A stretch of DNA of 64,000 bases. Source: Podarcis muralis. Lineage: Eukaryota. Shown piece by piece: positions 51,601 to 62,796 of the stretch. The stretch covers positions 47,926,001 through 47,990,000 of the forward strand of contig NC_135663.1 in assembly GCF_964188315.1 (NCBI RefSeq). The letters are read 5' to 3'. The notes below the pieces were generated by a model, which saw only the letters and a list, made by a program, of their open reading frames with translations, was not told the origin of the DNA and did not search any database. Within the stretch, counting starts at the first letter, position 1. Each line of letters starts with the position of its first letter. Position numbers and translations under genes: made by a program.

Positions 51601-53356
51601 GGCAAATATAAATGTAGCTAGTGATTTATTTTTTAAAAAAGTTAGAAAGCAAAAGCATAAAGGAAGCTTTTTTTTTTTTTTTTACTAAAATAGGGTGAAA
51701 GGAAGGACGTAACAGAATTCAATGAAGAGCAATTTCCTGAGAAAATTTTCCATTTTGTTGCCTTTGTGGTAGTCAAAGGAGAAATGAGTGGGAAGACAGA
51801 TACTCAAGGCATGCATGATTAGAAAACAGCTTCTGATGAATGGGTGGGGGTGGGCATGACACCAGCTTCTGGCCATGAGCTCTAGAAAGTTTCCAAATGG
51901 TGCTTTGCTCAGCTGCAGAACCCATATATGTGCCTGCACAGAGACTACAAAAAAACAGGGCTGGAATGAAAGTACTATAGATCCAGACCTATTTCCAGAT
52001 AAAGGCTTCCTTGTTGTAACTTTCCACAAGTCTAAAGCTAGCTATCCAAACTGGAATGGGATGATAAATCCTCCTTCTAGTCTAGGACTGGGATGCAAAA
52101 CTAAGGCTGCAGTTTTAACCCCTTAATGTTGGACTAGGTGGGTGGGTGGTTGTGCTGCATCAGCTGGCCTCCTACAAGTGCAACCTCCCACTTCTGTCCA
52201 CGAAACTGCTGGTAGTATCCCTGCCAGTGGGCCCAATTGCTGTGCCAGCCTGCAACTGGAGCATGAATAGGGCCCTATCTGACTGCCCTATCCCCTTTAA
52301 CTGCTACCACCAAGAACACACATGGCAGTGGCAGCAGGGAGCTAGGATTGCTCTATTAAGTTGTTACATCCAGAGACTGCATCAGGCGGTACACCTGTCA
52401 AATCATGTGAATCAAATGACTCCTAGATATCAGCAGATAATACTTCCTGCTTCTTTGGTCTGAATAATTTGTCGGACAAACTGCCAGGTGAGCAGTGTAC
52501 TTCACATTTGGTCTGCCCTCTTTTTCCTAGCTTAGATTTCACTCTGTCTGCCATGCCTAGGTTGCTGATCTTGGTCTTGGAAAAAACCTGCACACCTCAC
52601 CTATTTTTCACTATGTACCATATTTTTCTGTGTATAAGACAATGTTTTTTGCAAAAAGAAAAGTCAAAAATGGGTTTTTCTTATACATTGATGGTGAATG
52701 CACAGGGAGGTTTTTTCCTCCCCCCAAAAGCTGAACAATTCTGGATTATCTCGGGTGTTGGTGGGGCATGCTCCACTGCTACCAACACAGGCATGCACAG
52801 ACCCCCACTACTGGGGGTTGCTACGCTGGTACCGGTGCTTTGAATATTTAATAAAATATCAAAGTTGTTCTGTTTGATGTTTAAAATACTGATTTCATGA
52901 TTTTGGGTTACAAAAGGGGGGTTGCCTTATACACGTGGGCATTTTATACACAGGAAAATATGGTAGCTCAAAAAGCTGCAAACAGTTATGGAATTTCTTG
53001 TTATTAGTGAGGGTTTGAGGTTCTGACTATGCTGAATTATGCTTTAACATAACATTTTAGCAGTTTTGTTTTCAGCATTTAAATTTTAAAAAACTGATTT
53101 ACAGTATCTGGTGGACATTAAATTTTCAACACTTACTTTTCAAGATCTCGGGATTGTAATGTGCCGCAGCAAATTTTACTGGATTTGAATCCTCTGATCT
53201 TGCATCGAAGCTGGACTGTTCCCTATTGTGTTGCCAGCTCCCTTTTCTCAACTGACATTTGAACATTTTCCAGTATTCTGGATAAAGTACTGTCATGAGT
53301 TCATCCACACTGGATACAGACCGCAACTGCTCTTCCAACTCTTTACTTGCATGAGT
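37520..53356 (-). CDS. VEGFC: Vascular endothelial growth factor C, partial multi-exon CDS: join(53137..53356,48064..48254,46009..46160,43939..44048,43355..43688,37520..37634); exon 1 outside window
   Basis: Six exons splice in frame (220+191+152+110+334+115=1122 nt). They encode the PDGF/VEGF cystine knot ([13 protein letters not shown]), the SIIRR/SL furin site, CX10CXCXC silk (BR3P) repeats and the C-terminus YWKRPLIN*. All junctions are GT-AG with consistent phases. Confidence 0.98.
39285..39437 (+). mobile_element. L2 3' end fragment (VEGFC intron 6)
   Basis: ttttagaagacatctgaaggcagccct...gagtggctgg...ggggtataaataataaaattatt. Confidence 0.85.
40970..41822 (+). mobile_element. L2 LINE, 5'-truncated, uninterrupted ORF2 C-terminal ~257 codons; tail continues at 42650-42696 after a nested MITE
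   Basis: [15 protein letters not shown]...[14 protein letters not shown]...QNAAARL...LHWLPV...[13 protein letters not shown], typical L2 RT thumb and C-terminus. Confidence 0.95.
41823..42649. mobile_element. Tc1/mariner-superfamily (pogo/Tigger-like) MITE, 827 bp, nested in the L2 tail
   Basis: TIRs cagtggt(a/g)cc(c/t)cgcaagacgaa, TA TSD at 41821-41822 and 42650-42651, repeated subterminal cgcaagacga motifs. Confidence 0.92.
42656..42696 (+). repeat. (ATT)n microsatellite, L2 tail
   Basis: Continues ggggtacaaaTAataaattattatt once the MITE is removed. Confidence 0.9.
43355..43688 (-). CDS. VEGFC: VEGFC coding exon 6 (silk-homology/BR3P repeats)
   Basis: Acceptor gtgtttatag/AC and donor AG/GTAACT; 334 nt; repeats [48 protein letters not shown]. 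Confidence 0.98.
43939..44048 (-). CDS. VEGFC: VEGFC coding exon 5 ([36 protein letters not shown])
   Basis: Acceptor tttatccctag/G and donor G/GTAAGC; 110 nt. Confidence 0.97.
44258..45023. mobile_element. Tc1/mariner-superfamily (Tc2/pogo-like) non-autonomous element, GC-rich, in VEGFC intron 4
   Basis: TIRs gtatttttcgctctat(t/a)aga; TA at 45024-45025; internal hairpin arrays. Confidence 0.8.
46009..46160 (-). CDS. VEGFC: VEGFC coding exon 4 ([51 protein letters not shown])
   Basis: Translated by hand (too short for the ORF track). Acceptor ttttgtgtag/TTA and donor CA/GTAAGT; 152 nt; contains the RR/S convertase site. Confidence 0.97.
46372..46624 (+). mobile_element. Internal L2 ORF2 fragment with deletions (intron 3)
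   Basis: [17 protein letters not shown]...[11 protein letters not shown] matches the 40970 copy; breaks off at ctccatctggtacgca. Confidence 0.85.
46625..47630 (+). mobile_element. Rex1/Babar LINE ORF fragment (endonuclease C-terminal part to RT N-terminal part), decayed
   Basis: [44 protein letters not shown]...[50 protein letters not shown]...[11 protein letters not shown]: motif order typical of Rex1/Babar; stops and frameshifts present. Confidence 0.8.
48064..48254 (-). CDS. VEGFC: VEGFC coding exon 3 (VEGF homology domain, [17 protein letters not shown]...FISKT)
   Basis: Acceptor ttggcag/GT and donor ACG/GTAGGT; 191 nt; contains the cystine-knot motif. Confidence 0.98.
48461..48671. mobile_element. 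MITE with ~20-bp TIRs; related fragment near 22080-22200
   Basis: agggcttatccacactaacc / ggtaagtggggataagtcct (17/20); internal ctttaaagct inverted motifs. Confidence 0.55.
49134..51957 (-). mobile_element. DIRS1-type tyrosine-recombinase retrotransposon, internally deleted relic (VEGFC intron 2)
   Basis: Inverted terminal repeats (~51860-51957 versus ~49160-49240). ICR at 49404-49495 is complementary to both ends (41/50 and 22/28). YR C-terminal remnant ELCKVA...LIKHYVLEV...SIFGRALL and gag-like remnant [15 protein letters not shown]. Confidence 0.8.
52618..52963. mobile_element. Tc1/mariner-superfamily (Tc2/pogo-like) MITE, 346 bp
   Basis: TIRs ccatatttt(t/c)ctgtgtataa with TA on both sides (52616-52617, 52964-52965). 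Confidence 0.85.
53137..53356 (-). CDS. VEGFC: VEGFC coding exon 2 (N-terminal propeptide, [21 protein letters not shown]...[13 protein letters not shown])
   Basis: Acceptor ctcttttttagcag/ACT (tandem NAGNAG; alternative start 53359) and donor A/GTAAGT; 220 nt, ends in phase 1. Confidence 0.96.
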
Positions 53357-53991
53357 CTGCTAAAAAAGAGCAAAAATAATTACTTTCCACATTATACAAA
53401 TGTTTATATATATATTAATATGATCAACAGCAAGTAAGGAAGTCTCTTTCCCTATAGAGACTTCATTATCAAAAATGCATTTAAGTCTGTCTAACTATCT
53501 TCCTACCTTCTTAGTTTTGTTAAGGCTGTTATGAAAGTACAAGGAGGAAACAATATATTGACTTTGTTAGCCCAGTATATTGCCATTATTGGTCCAAACA
53601 GACTGCCATTGGGGACACTTACAAATGAACACTAACACCAAATCTAGCAAACGTGAATAAACTACAAACACAGATTCTTCATTCAGTATCACTTAGGCTG
53701 CAATTCTATGGACGCTTTTTTAGAAACAAGGCAGGCAATGCCAGCTAAACTTATAGAGCCTTCAAACATTGATTTTGTGTCCCACTATGGCAATGATTTA
53801 GCATAAAAACAGTGCACTTTAATCTGATGAAAAGAAACATGTAAAAATTAACTAAGAACCAGAGAGAGAGGGGGGGGGGGCAATGCAGTGAAAAAGGCAG
53901 CAAGGGGAGGAAGAAATAAAAGCAGGTGAATGATCTTTTCTGAATTTCATTATTCCATTTTCTATAACTATATCATTGTATACTTTTAATA

Positions 53992-54198
53992 CAATGGTAC
54001 CTCGGGTTACAAACACTTCGGGTTATAGACTCCTCTAGCCCAGAAGTAGTACCTCAGGTTAAGAACTTTGCCCCAAGATGAGAACAGAAATCGCATGCTG
54101 GCAGCAGCGGGAGGCCCCATTAGCCCTAAAGTGGTACCTCAGGTTAAGAACGGTTTCAGGTTAAGAACGGTCCTCCGGAATGACTAACCAGAGATACC

Positions 54199-54202
<4 letters not shown>
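53992..54202. mobile_element. Tigger-like MITE, ~211 bp
   Basis: Termini TA-caatggtacctcgg / cagagataccactg; repeated acctc(g/a)ggtta(c/a) motifs. Confidence 0.75.

Positions 54203-54280
<78 letters not shown>
54201..54280. repeat. Compound (TG)n(TA)n microsatellite
   Basis: Read directly; starts at the MITE right terminus. Confidence 0.97.
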
Positions 54281-54285
<5 letters not shown>

Positions 54286-55009
54286 GTTTTTAAGAGTACA
54301 CATTTACAATACACCTTCTGGATTATGCTGAAGCAGTCTTTTTGAATTTGCAGTATGTCATGCAATTAACATGGGAAAAAAATACTTTTTTCAAGGTAAT
54401 GGTCTCAAATATTTAATGCCTTCACCCTAAAGGAATTTCAGTCACATATGAAATTCTCCTTTATTCTATCTTGTCATAATATAATAGCCTTGTTGGCTGA
54501 TGAGCTTAGAATTAGATTTCAGCTACTTCAGGTGCAAGTAAGTTTATTTTGCATGAATAATTGGGGAAAGTATATTCATTGTATATATTGTTACCAAAAA
54601 AACACCCCAGCAACTGTAAAAATAAATAAATCCTCAGTTGCTTAATGAAACAAATGCTCAAGCATCTGCTCAATCTAGCAGTACAAACTAAATGTAGTTT
54701 ATACTTTCACACCATGGCTTTTTTCTTTAAGTCATCCCTGGTGCCCATTATTAATTATAAAGGTCAAAGTACTTAATACTTGGCTGAGCCTGCAACTCAT
54801 AATTGATGGTGTGACATGCAATAATACAACTTAATGGATTAATAGTGATCATAGTTGTCAGCACATTTCATTTTCAAGGATTTGTTGTGAGAGCTTTTAA
54901 TGGGAAAGTGATGTCTATAAACCTTTGTGTTCATTTACTTGTATGCAGGACAAATTTGTTAATGGAAATGTATTAAGAGGGGCCAAAATATGTGTTTATA
55001 TGGTTGGCT

Positions 55010-55140
55010 GCTGGTTAGCAGAGACAGAATTATAGCTGTTGGTGCTTGGTGTTTGTGGAGTCCACCAGAAGAAGACAATGATAGAAGAAGGGCATTGGAG
55101 AAGAAAAGGAAGCCCTGAGAAGCAGGCTTGGTTGCTGGCT
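55010..55140 (+). repeat. Unclassified dispersed repeat, copy A (copy B at 63644-63777)
   Basis: 55010-55061 versus 63644-63695 match 43/52 and similarity continues downstream. Confidence 0.7.
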
Positions 55141-58100
55141 TAGTCACAGACAAAGAGAGAACCTGTAATTCATCTCCTGAAAGAGAGCAGTACTGCACTG
55201 CTGGCTCTGAACTTCCAATGCCACCCCAATTTTGAAACTGCAAAATTTTGACAACCATTTTATCCAATCATTATGTTATTAACAATTTTATGTAACAATG
55301 CATTTTTAGAAATGGAATGTTTTCTGTGAAAATTATTCTGCCACATATTATTCCCCAATTACAATTCAAAACTCAAGCTATATGCCTGGTCTTCTCCTTG
55401 CCTACAGAGACACATACTTGGGAGGTAAAGTGCCTTGCAGTGGTGAGATGGAAGGCTATCAGTTACTTGACAGAAGGCAGAATGCAAGTGCTGTTTAAAC
55501 CTTTAAATAGTAGCTTGTGTTAATAAAAGGGAAGCATCTGTTCTTCATCAATTAAAATATTATCTTTCACATCGTTGTATTATATTTTCATTATGATGAT
55601 ATCCTTATTTACTATATAACATTTTAATTTGTGATAATTTAATGGCCCACATCTCAAATGAATGTTGCTCATCTCACTTCTTACCACTGTTTATAAAATG
55701 CTATAAATTAATAAGCCACGTTCTTTCTCTGGCATGTGTCTGAATGGTAATAACTAGAACTTTTGACTAAACAGAAGTAAACTATAGCCCAAATGTTTAA
55801 CAAGAGACGATCAAAGTATGTGAAGTAAGCAAATATAAAGAGCAATTCTGGAGAAAATCCACCCCCGCCTTAGTCCATGAGTAACATGCAATAAGTTCCA
55901 ATGCAAATGCTGAACTTTATTCCAAAACAAATGGAATAATGTCATAAGGCATGGATTCAGAACTGTTAAACAATCCTTGTACAGTTTACAGATCTGAACA
56001 GAAATATTAATTGGAAGACCACCTACTTTGTCATGTTGCCTTGTTCTAACAAATATTTCAAATTTAAGCATAGTAGGCCATGAACAAAAAACCTACACAA
56101 AGGATTGCCAAGCCAACAAATGGCTCAGTTCAAAAATAGTGAAAAGAATAGTCAATAATGACAACATAAATTAACTCCCAATAATTCAGTGCATAAATAA
56201 CATCTCAAAAAGTAAGAAGGAATGTAAAGGTAGTGATAAGCCAAGCATAAACATAAAAAGGAAGACATTTTATTGGATTTGTCTTTTGCTGTAGAAGGCC
56301 CTATGTCTGCGGAAACATGGTTGGCTTCACAAGCCTGCAGGTCATCTTATAAATAATCAGGAATGGCACAGTGAAAAAATATTTTTGCCATTTCAATGAC
56401 ATTTTAACTTGCAACCCACAGGCCATTTAGAACGGATCTGCCCCTCCCACACAAATTAGTATCAAAGACTCCCACAAGCAAAACCAAGTATTTCACAAGT
56501 CAGTTCTGAAATGTGGATCACGAGTGTTATTGGCTTTTCTTTCTTCTTGTAAATGTACCATCTGCTGCAAATATTGAGACTGCTGTTTATATATACATTC
56601 ACTGTAAAATACCTCTGATGATACAAAGGCTATTAGATGAAGGAGAAAACTGGTTTTAACATAGGCATTTGTAATCGCCACACCATACAAGATCTGCACA
56701 AGGAGGCATGCAGCCATGGCTTCCAGCTGAAGGAAAACCAAGTGAATAAAATTTCTCTAAATGAGATTTTACTGCCTACATCATTGCTAACCCAAATATT
56801 ATATAATACTTTTTGTATGGGAATCAAGTTCTTTCCTTTTAAGTCATTTGGAACCTTTTCTTTATCTTACTGCCAATGGATGGAGAGTGGTCTACTGTAT
56901 AATCTGCGTTGGAGAAATTGCCATTTTGCTACAAGAGAGTAAGAATCTCTATTCTAAACCTTCCTCTCCAACAGCACTGTCCTGTAATGGAAAGTGCTAC
57001 ATATCCTGCACATTGAAACATAAGCTAGGCAATGTTTCTATTTACATTCCATTAACAGGTAGCTATTTAATAATAGCATTTCAGTATTAAAAACTGCCAC
57101 TCTATTTGCAATCTTACCTTTCAGTGTTCAAAGAAAAATGTTTTCTGAAGAAAAAACGTGAGAAATTCAGTTTTATTTTACTATTTATTTCAGTTCAGAT
57201 TACCAGTATTTTCACTGTAAAGGAACATGCAAAAGGTAAAACTGAAATATTTTAATATGTTTTATTTTTATTTCATGACTGTCTAGTCCAACATTTTGAT
57301 ATTTCAAACAACATATCTTTCTTTGTAATTCAGGGTTATAAGTATTATGGGTGTGTGCAAAGTTTCAGTCAAGAACTAATTCTGTTTAAGTGTTCCACTT
57401 AAATATGCTATAAGCTGCATGATTTATCAAATCCAGTATATAAACAGAATAGTCTGGTCTTACGTTGAGAACAGTTAAATATGGTTCTTGTGTAACATGT
57501 AAAAAAGTTCAAGAAGCAAGTTAAGATGAAATATTTCCATGAGAAATTCTAACATTTTACACAGAGAGAAACTTCCAGGCAGACACTAGAAATATTATAA
57601 AAGGTCACTGGGTGTCAGTTGTTAATTTACAATGGCTAAAAAGTCCAATTCCAGATGTTAATAAGTTCTCACATTGAATATATTAAGTGGTCACTGTGCT
57701 TCCTGCATGTAATAACCAAAATGTTTTAAGAAACAGCTGAATTCATTTAAAAAATTTCTTCAATTTTCCATAATTTAAAGCTCTGCCCATCATACAAACC
57801 AAAGAAAGAGTTTGTGGAAAACTTTTAATTGAACACCATGTTTACTTGCACACCCAAAATAAGAAAATAATAGAGAAATGAGATGTGCTAATATCTTTAA
57901 CCTAGTAGACCTAAATCAGAAATACAGCATCTCATTCTACCTGCATAGTCACATCATATATTCCCCTCTCTGTACAGATATGCAATTTCCCTACTTTATA
58001 GCTGAAAGCATATCCGGCAAACTGTAGAATATAATTATTATAATCAGATGATATACAGGTAGCTCACATCTTATGCAGGGGTTACGTTTCTTGCCATTGA

Positions 58101-59148
58101 ATGTACAGTATAAGCAAAACTGTGTAAGGCCGGAATACCCCCAGATACCATGTGAGACCAGCATAGAAAGGTACCATCTGGATCCAGCCTTGGATAGAAA
58201 GCTACTCAAAAAGGAAGTGTCACTCCTGGATCTTTTCAGCATTTCTTGAAAGTTTTATGGTGATTTTTTACTTAAGATCATTCTGAACACAGAAAAAAGT
58301 AAGGTGCATTGCAGCGTGGTGCCAGGGATTTATTTATTTTTTAAGCTACATTTGCCTCCAGGCTTTCGTTTGCACATTATTTTTCCTAAATGCACTCATA
58401 TTCTTGTGATGCGTCTTTTGAAATAGGCATATCTACAAGAAGTAACTGGAACGGAGAGTATGGCCATATAAGGACATCTTTTAATCCTAATCTTCCTTTA
58501 ATGTGAATTTCAAGGAAAAAAAATCCAGGATCACTTACTAACTGGAAATCTGATACTGGTATGCTGACAATAAGCACTGCATTGCATTTGGTCTTAATTA
58601 ATTAATTAATTAATTATGTATGCCACCTTAAACCCACGGGTCTCAGGGCAGTTCACAGGACAGAATTTGGTCTTGTATGCTTCCTTGGTTTTTTTTTGTC
58701 TTCACCTGTTCTTCTAAACCCAATCCAAACTGTTTGGCCCTGCTTTGTTCAAAGTGTCATTTGCCAGTTTGGATGTAACAGCAGGCTATCATACATAATT
58801 AATTGATTAATATTATTACTAGTACTACTTGTACTTTCTTTTTAACCACATGACCTTGTAAAGTATGAAAGCAACAATAAAACATACCCAAATAATACAA
58901 CAAAGAATCTTAAGATGTCAACATATTAGCATAATATTAAATATTCTGTATCTGGATTAGCATGTTACTCGCAGTAAGGATTATAGAGGGTGAGGTTGGT
59001 TTGTTAGTGAAAGAAGATCCAGCTGGCCTCCTGATTCAAATTTGCTTTTTTTCATTCTCCCTCCCTCCCACCTCCCAAAAGGGATGTTGTCCTGCAGGTC
59101 TCAGCCAAGGATGAGCAGCCAGAGCATGAGATGCTGGCCAACAAGATA

Positions 59149-59295
59149 TCATAGAATCACAGAGCTGAAAGGTGCCCTGAGGATTATCTAGTCCAATCGC
59201 CTGCAATGCAGGAATATTTAGCTGGCCCGTACAGGGATCGAGCCTGCGACCTTGGCATCACAAGCACCACACTCCAACCAACTGAGCTAACTGGC
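59149..59295 (-). mobile_element. tRNA-headed SINE with CR1-type tail
   Basis: Minus strand: TAGCTCAGTTGG A box, GGCTCGATCCC B box, then attcctgcattgcagg...gtgattctatga. Confidence 0.85.
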
Positions 59296-59724
59296 AGGTA
59301 TTCAATGGACCATAAGATGGAGCAGGCCAATTCGCTCATTGCACTGCTAAATAAACAAATGGTTGTGCAGTACCATGTTGTGCTTATGGACTTGGAACTG
59401 AATGGATGCAAGTAGTTTGATACCCCCCCCCCCAGGTGAAATTCTGCTCTGGTACAGAACTGGGCCGCTCTCAAGTGAGAGATAGGAGAGGAGTATTAGA
59501 TGGCCCGGTGGGTATGGGGCATGAGCCCATTAGTGCTTTAGAGATGGGAAGAAAAACATCCTTTGTATGTGGGTTGTAATCCTGTTGAGTATGAATGGTT
59601 TATGTGTGAATAGGTAGTATCTGAGGTAGTGAATGACTGTAGTGGTTGTGTGAGATGGATAGTAAGATTGGATGAGTAATTGTATGAATAATGTGTTTGA
59701 TTGTAATTTCATACTGCCTTGTAA

Positions 59725-60092
59725 AAGGTTAAAGGTAAAGGGCCCCTGGACAGTTAAGTCCAGCCAAAGGCGACTATGGGGTTGCGGCACTCATCTTGCT
59801 TCAGGCCAAGGGAGCCAGCGTTTGTCTGCAGACAGCTTTTCGGGTTGTGTGGCCAGCATGACTAAACCGTTTCTGTTGCAATGGAAGCCAGAGCGTGCGG
59901 AAACACAGTTTATCTTCCCACTGCAGCAGTGCCTATTTATCTACTTGCACTGGTGTGCTTTCAAACTGCTAGGTTGGCAGAAGCTGGGACAGAGCAATGG
60001 AAGCTCACCCCATCACGCAGATTTGAACCACCAACCTTCTGATTAGCAAGTACGAAAAATCTCAGTGGTTTAGACCACAGTGCCACCCGCGG
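59725..60092 (-). mobile_element. Sauria SINE
   Basis: ACCTTT tail, tRNA-like head, 9-bp TSD gccttgtaa at 59716-59724 and 60093-60101. Confidence 0.92.
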
Positions 60093-60252
60093 GCCTTGTA
60101 ATGCTCTCTGAACTTACTTGATATTCTTTTATGTATAGGGATATTGCTGCTCTGTTTGTGTTTTTTCTTATGTAAATCATTTGACATAGTTTTAATGTAC
60201 TTATATTTTTATGATTGCAAACCACTTCAATATCTTCAGATAATATAAGCTG

Positions 60253-60254
<2 letters not shown>

Positions 60255-60294
<40 letters not shown>
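60255..60294. repeat. (TA)20 microsatellite
   Basis: Read directly. Confidence 0.95.
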
Positions 60295-60297
<3 letters not shown>

Positions 60298-60874
60298 GGG
60301 GGGTTAAGTTAAATTAAGCTAATCCAGAGAGTCTTACCTCAGAAACTCAAAAGACAATATGAGTATGAGTATGACGTTTCAACTTCCTCCAAAGGCTTGA
60401 ATAAATAAATATGTCCTTAAAAGAGGCTGGAAAGAGCACTGAGGAACCCAAAGCGAGGGAGTTCCAACCAAGATATAGGTTGAATACACCTTCATGTGTG
60501 TGAAGTTGAGAAGAAGCAGAAACAGATATGAATCACTTGAGCTTACGGTTCATTCTTAACTCTCTGAACTATAGAAACATTTGCATTCAAGCTTTCCTTT
60601 TCTGTCTGAATGCACTCTCTGTTTTATTCATCTTATGCCAATTGTACTTGTACAAGACTGTGTATTTTATGTATTCTGTAAATATAACAGGGTAACTTTT
60701 GAACATAATGCTAAACCACCATTTGACACTATAGGAATGAGCTGAGTAAACCTTGTAGGCTTTCCTACTCCAGCACAGATGAGGGAAGGATATTTAAGTT
60801 TTTGCTTTTGTTGTTTATTGTGCAAACTGAGAGTGTTAACTGAGAGAGTGATGAGTGTTCACTACAGTTTAGGG

Positions 60875-61000
60875 CAGAGGTTGTGAACCTGTGGCATTCC
60901 AGATGCTGTCTCGTTAGCCACAGCCATCATGGCTAAAGGCCTTGTGTGATGGAAGTTGCAATCTAGCAGCACCTCGAGGGCCACAGTTTAGCTAACCATG
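60875..61000. mobile_element. Degenerate hAT-type MITE
   Basis: cagaggttgtgaacctgtggcattccagatg ... acctcgagggccacag; flanks gtttaggg / atttaagg (6/8). Confidence 0.6.
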
Positions 61001-62075
61001 ATTTAAGGAAACAAGTCAATCATGAATTATGGTTTGAAGTTGGCTTCCTTCCTTCCCTAAACCTTCACCAGCCTGATGTCCTTCAGATATTTGGGACTAC
61101 AGCTCCCATCCAGCATAGCTGGAGCGCACCAGGTTGGTGAATGATGCCTTGAACTATAGTTAAGACAAAGCAGAGTTTATCTGGCTTCAGACACAAAGAG
61201 TAACTGCAGTTAGTTGAAGATAGAAGCAAAAGCTTCCTATCTCCCTGCAGCAGTACCAGAGGAAGGGGGGGGGAGCACATAAGTTTGGAAAACCTTGCAT
61301 GTATGCTAAGCCATAGTTTAATATTACATGCAAACTAATATTAAATAATATCTAATTTATTTGCTAAACTACATACATTTCTATTGTATTTCCATATGAC
61401 TAAGACTTCTTGTTGCTGTGAATGTCACTTCCACAAACCTGTTCTAATTTCCCTTATTGAGTTTATTTTGATGAAAATATTTTGCATAGATGCAATGTAC
61501 CCCTCTCAAAAAAATGAAAGTGAACTTGAAAACGGAGCAATTAATTATCATGTCAATAGTAAACCCCAAAAGGGATTAGATTTAGTGTTTTTTTGATAGA
61601 TAAAATAAATAAATGCAAGGGAGAGGGGAAATGAAATACATATGGACACAAATGTATTTTAAAAATGCAACTTAGTAGTTAGCCAGAATGTAACATTTTG
61701 AAGATCAAAATATGTTTCTTTAATGGTTTATAACATCAAAACTGCAATGCACCAATATTTCCCTTTCTTTCCACAACAATCAGATATAGCCATTACTCAA
61801 AATATTTTGACAAAGAAGAAAGGAAGTCTCTATTACCATGAAAACAGATTTGAGTCAACTAGTATATTAGATTTATGCCACCTGCCTCCTGACATTTGCT
61901 TGGCATACATAATGAGTCCAGGAATTCTAGCTACCATGGCTGTTATGAAATGCCAAAATAGATTATGGGTGCCGCAAAAATGATGTCTATAGTAAATGTA
62001 ACATAGCACTTGTTCTCTTTGTGCTTAGCTTATTCAGGAATTTTTAGAAAAGTGCAACCTGTGCAGTTAATCATA

Positions 62076-62796
62076 CAGTGCAACTCATACAGCACGTTGG
62101 CAACAAACATTCACACAGTTGTTCCAAAATAATTTTACACCATTTATCAAATATGTGAGGAAGAGACAATAAATGCCATGAAAACTTACAAACTGCCTAA
62201 AATAAAGTGAACTTGCAATTTCAGATATTACTAGGTTCTTACAAATTATTGCCTCAGTTTTTCGTTTTTTCTTGTTTTTTAAATAAGTTCAAGAAGGTTC
62301 AAGAAAAGGGTAAGTTCAACGTTGTTCCCGGTAGCTGTGAGGTGCTGATGAAGCAGTATATGAAGTAATAAAGAAGACAGGGTGCCAGCGTTCTATCCCC
62401 GTTTCGCCCTAGCAGTCCATGCAGTTGAGAGGCTGCTGTTTCGCCCCCGGTGGGACCAATTTGTTGGGGTTGGTGGGTGGCACACTCCCTGAGCACAGTT
62501 TTCTGGGCTTCTTCAGTTGTCTCGTGCCATGGATGCGTCTACTAGTGCTAACTGATAATAATCCAAACGGAATCTTATCAGAATCAACGCAATACACTTC
62601 TAGGTGTTCAATTAAATACAAAGTAAATATAAATTATCCCACTATATACAAAGAATTAATTTTGATGCAAAAGTTCATAATTATGTCTCTGAAGAGACAA
62701 TTTCTTGATCTGAAATTGCACGCATCGTGTTTCAGCAATGGATAAATACACTATTGTGTGAATATTTGTCGCCAACGTGCTGCACGAGTTGCACTA
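62076..62796. mobile_element. Unclassified TIR element, ~720 bp
   Basis: 42-bp TIRs (37/42) at 62076-62117 and 62755-62796; interior keeps its CpGs. Confidence 0.75.

Noticed and set aside
57991-58242. 83-aa sense-strand ORF in intron 1 as an alternative exon
   Set aside because: No homology recognised and no convincing splice-site pair.
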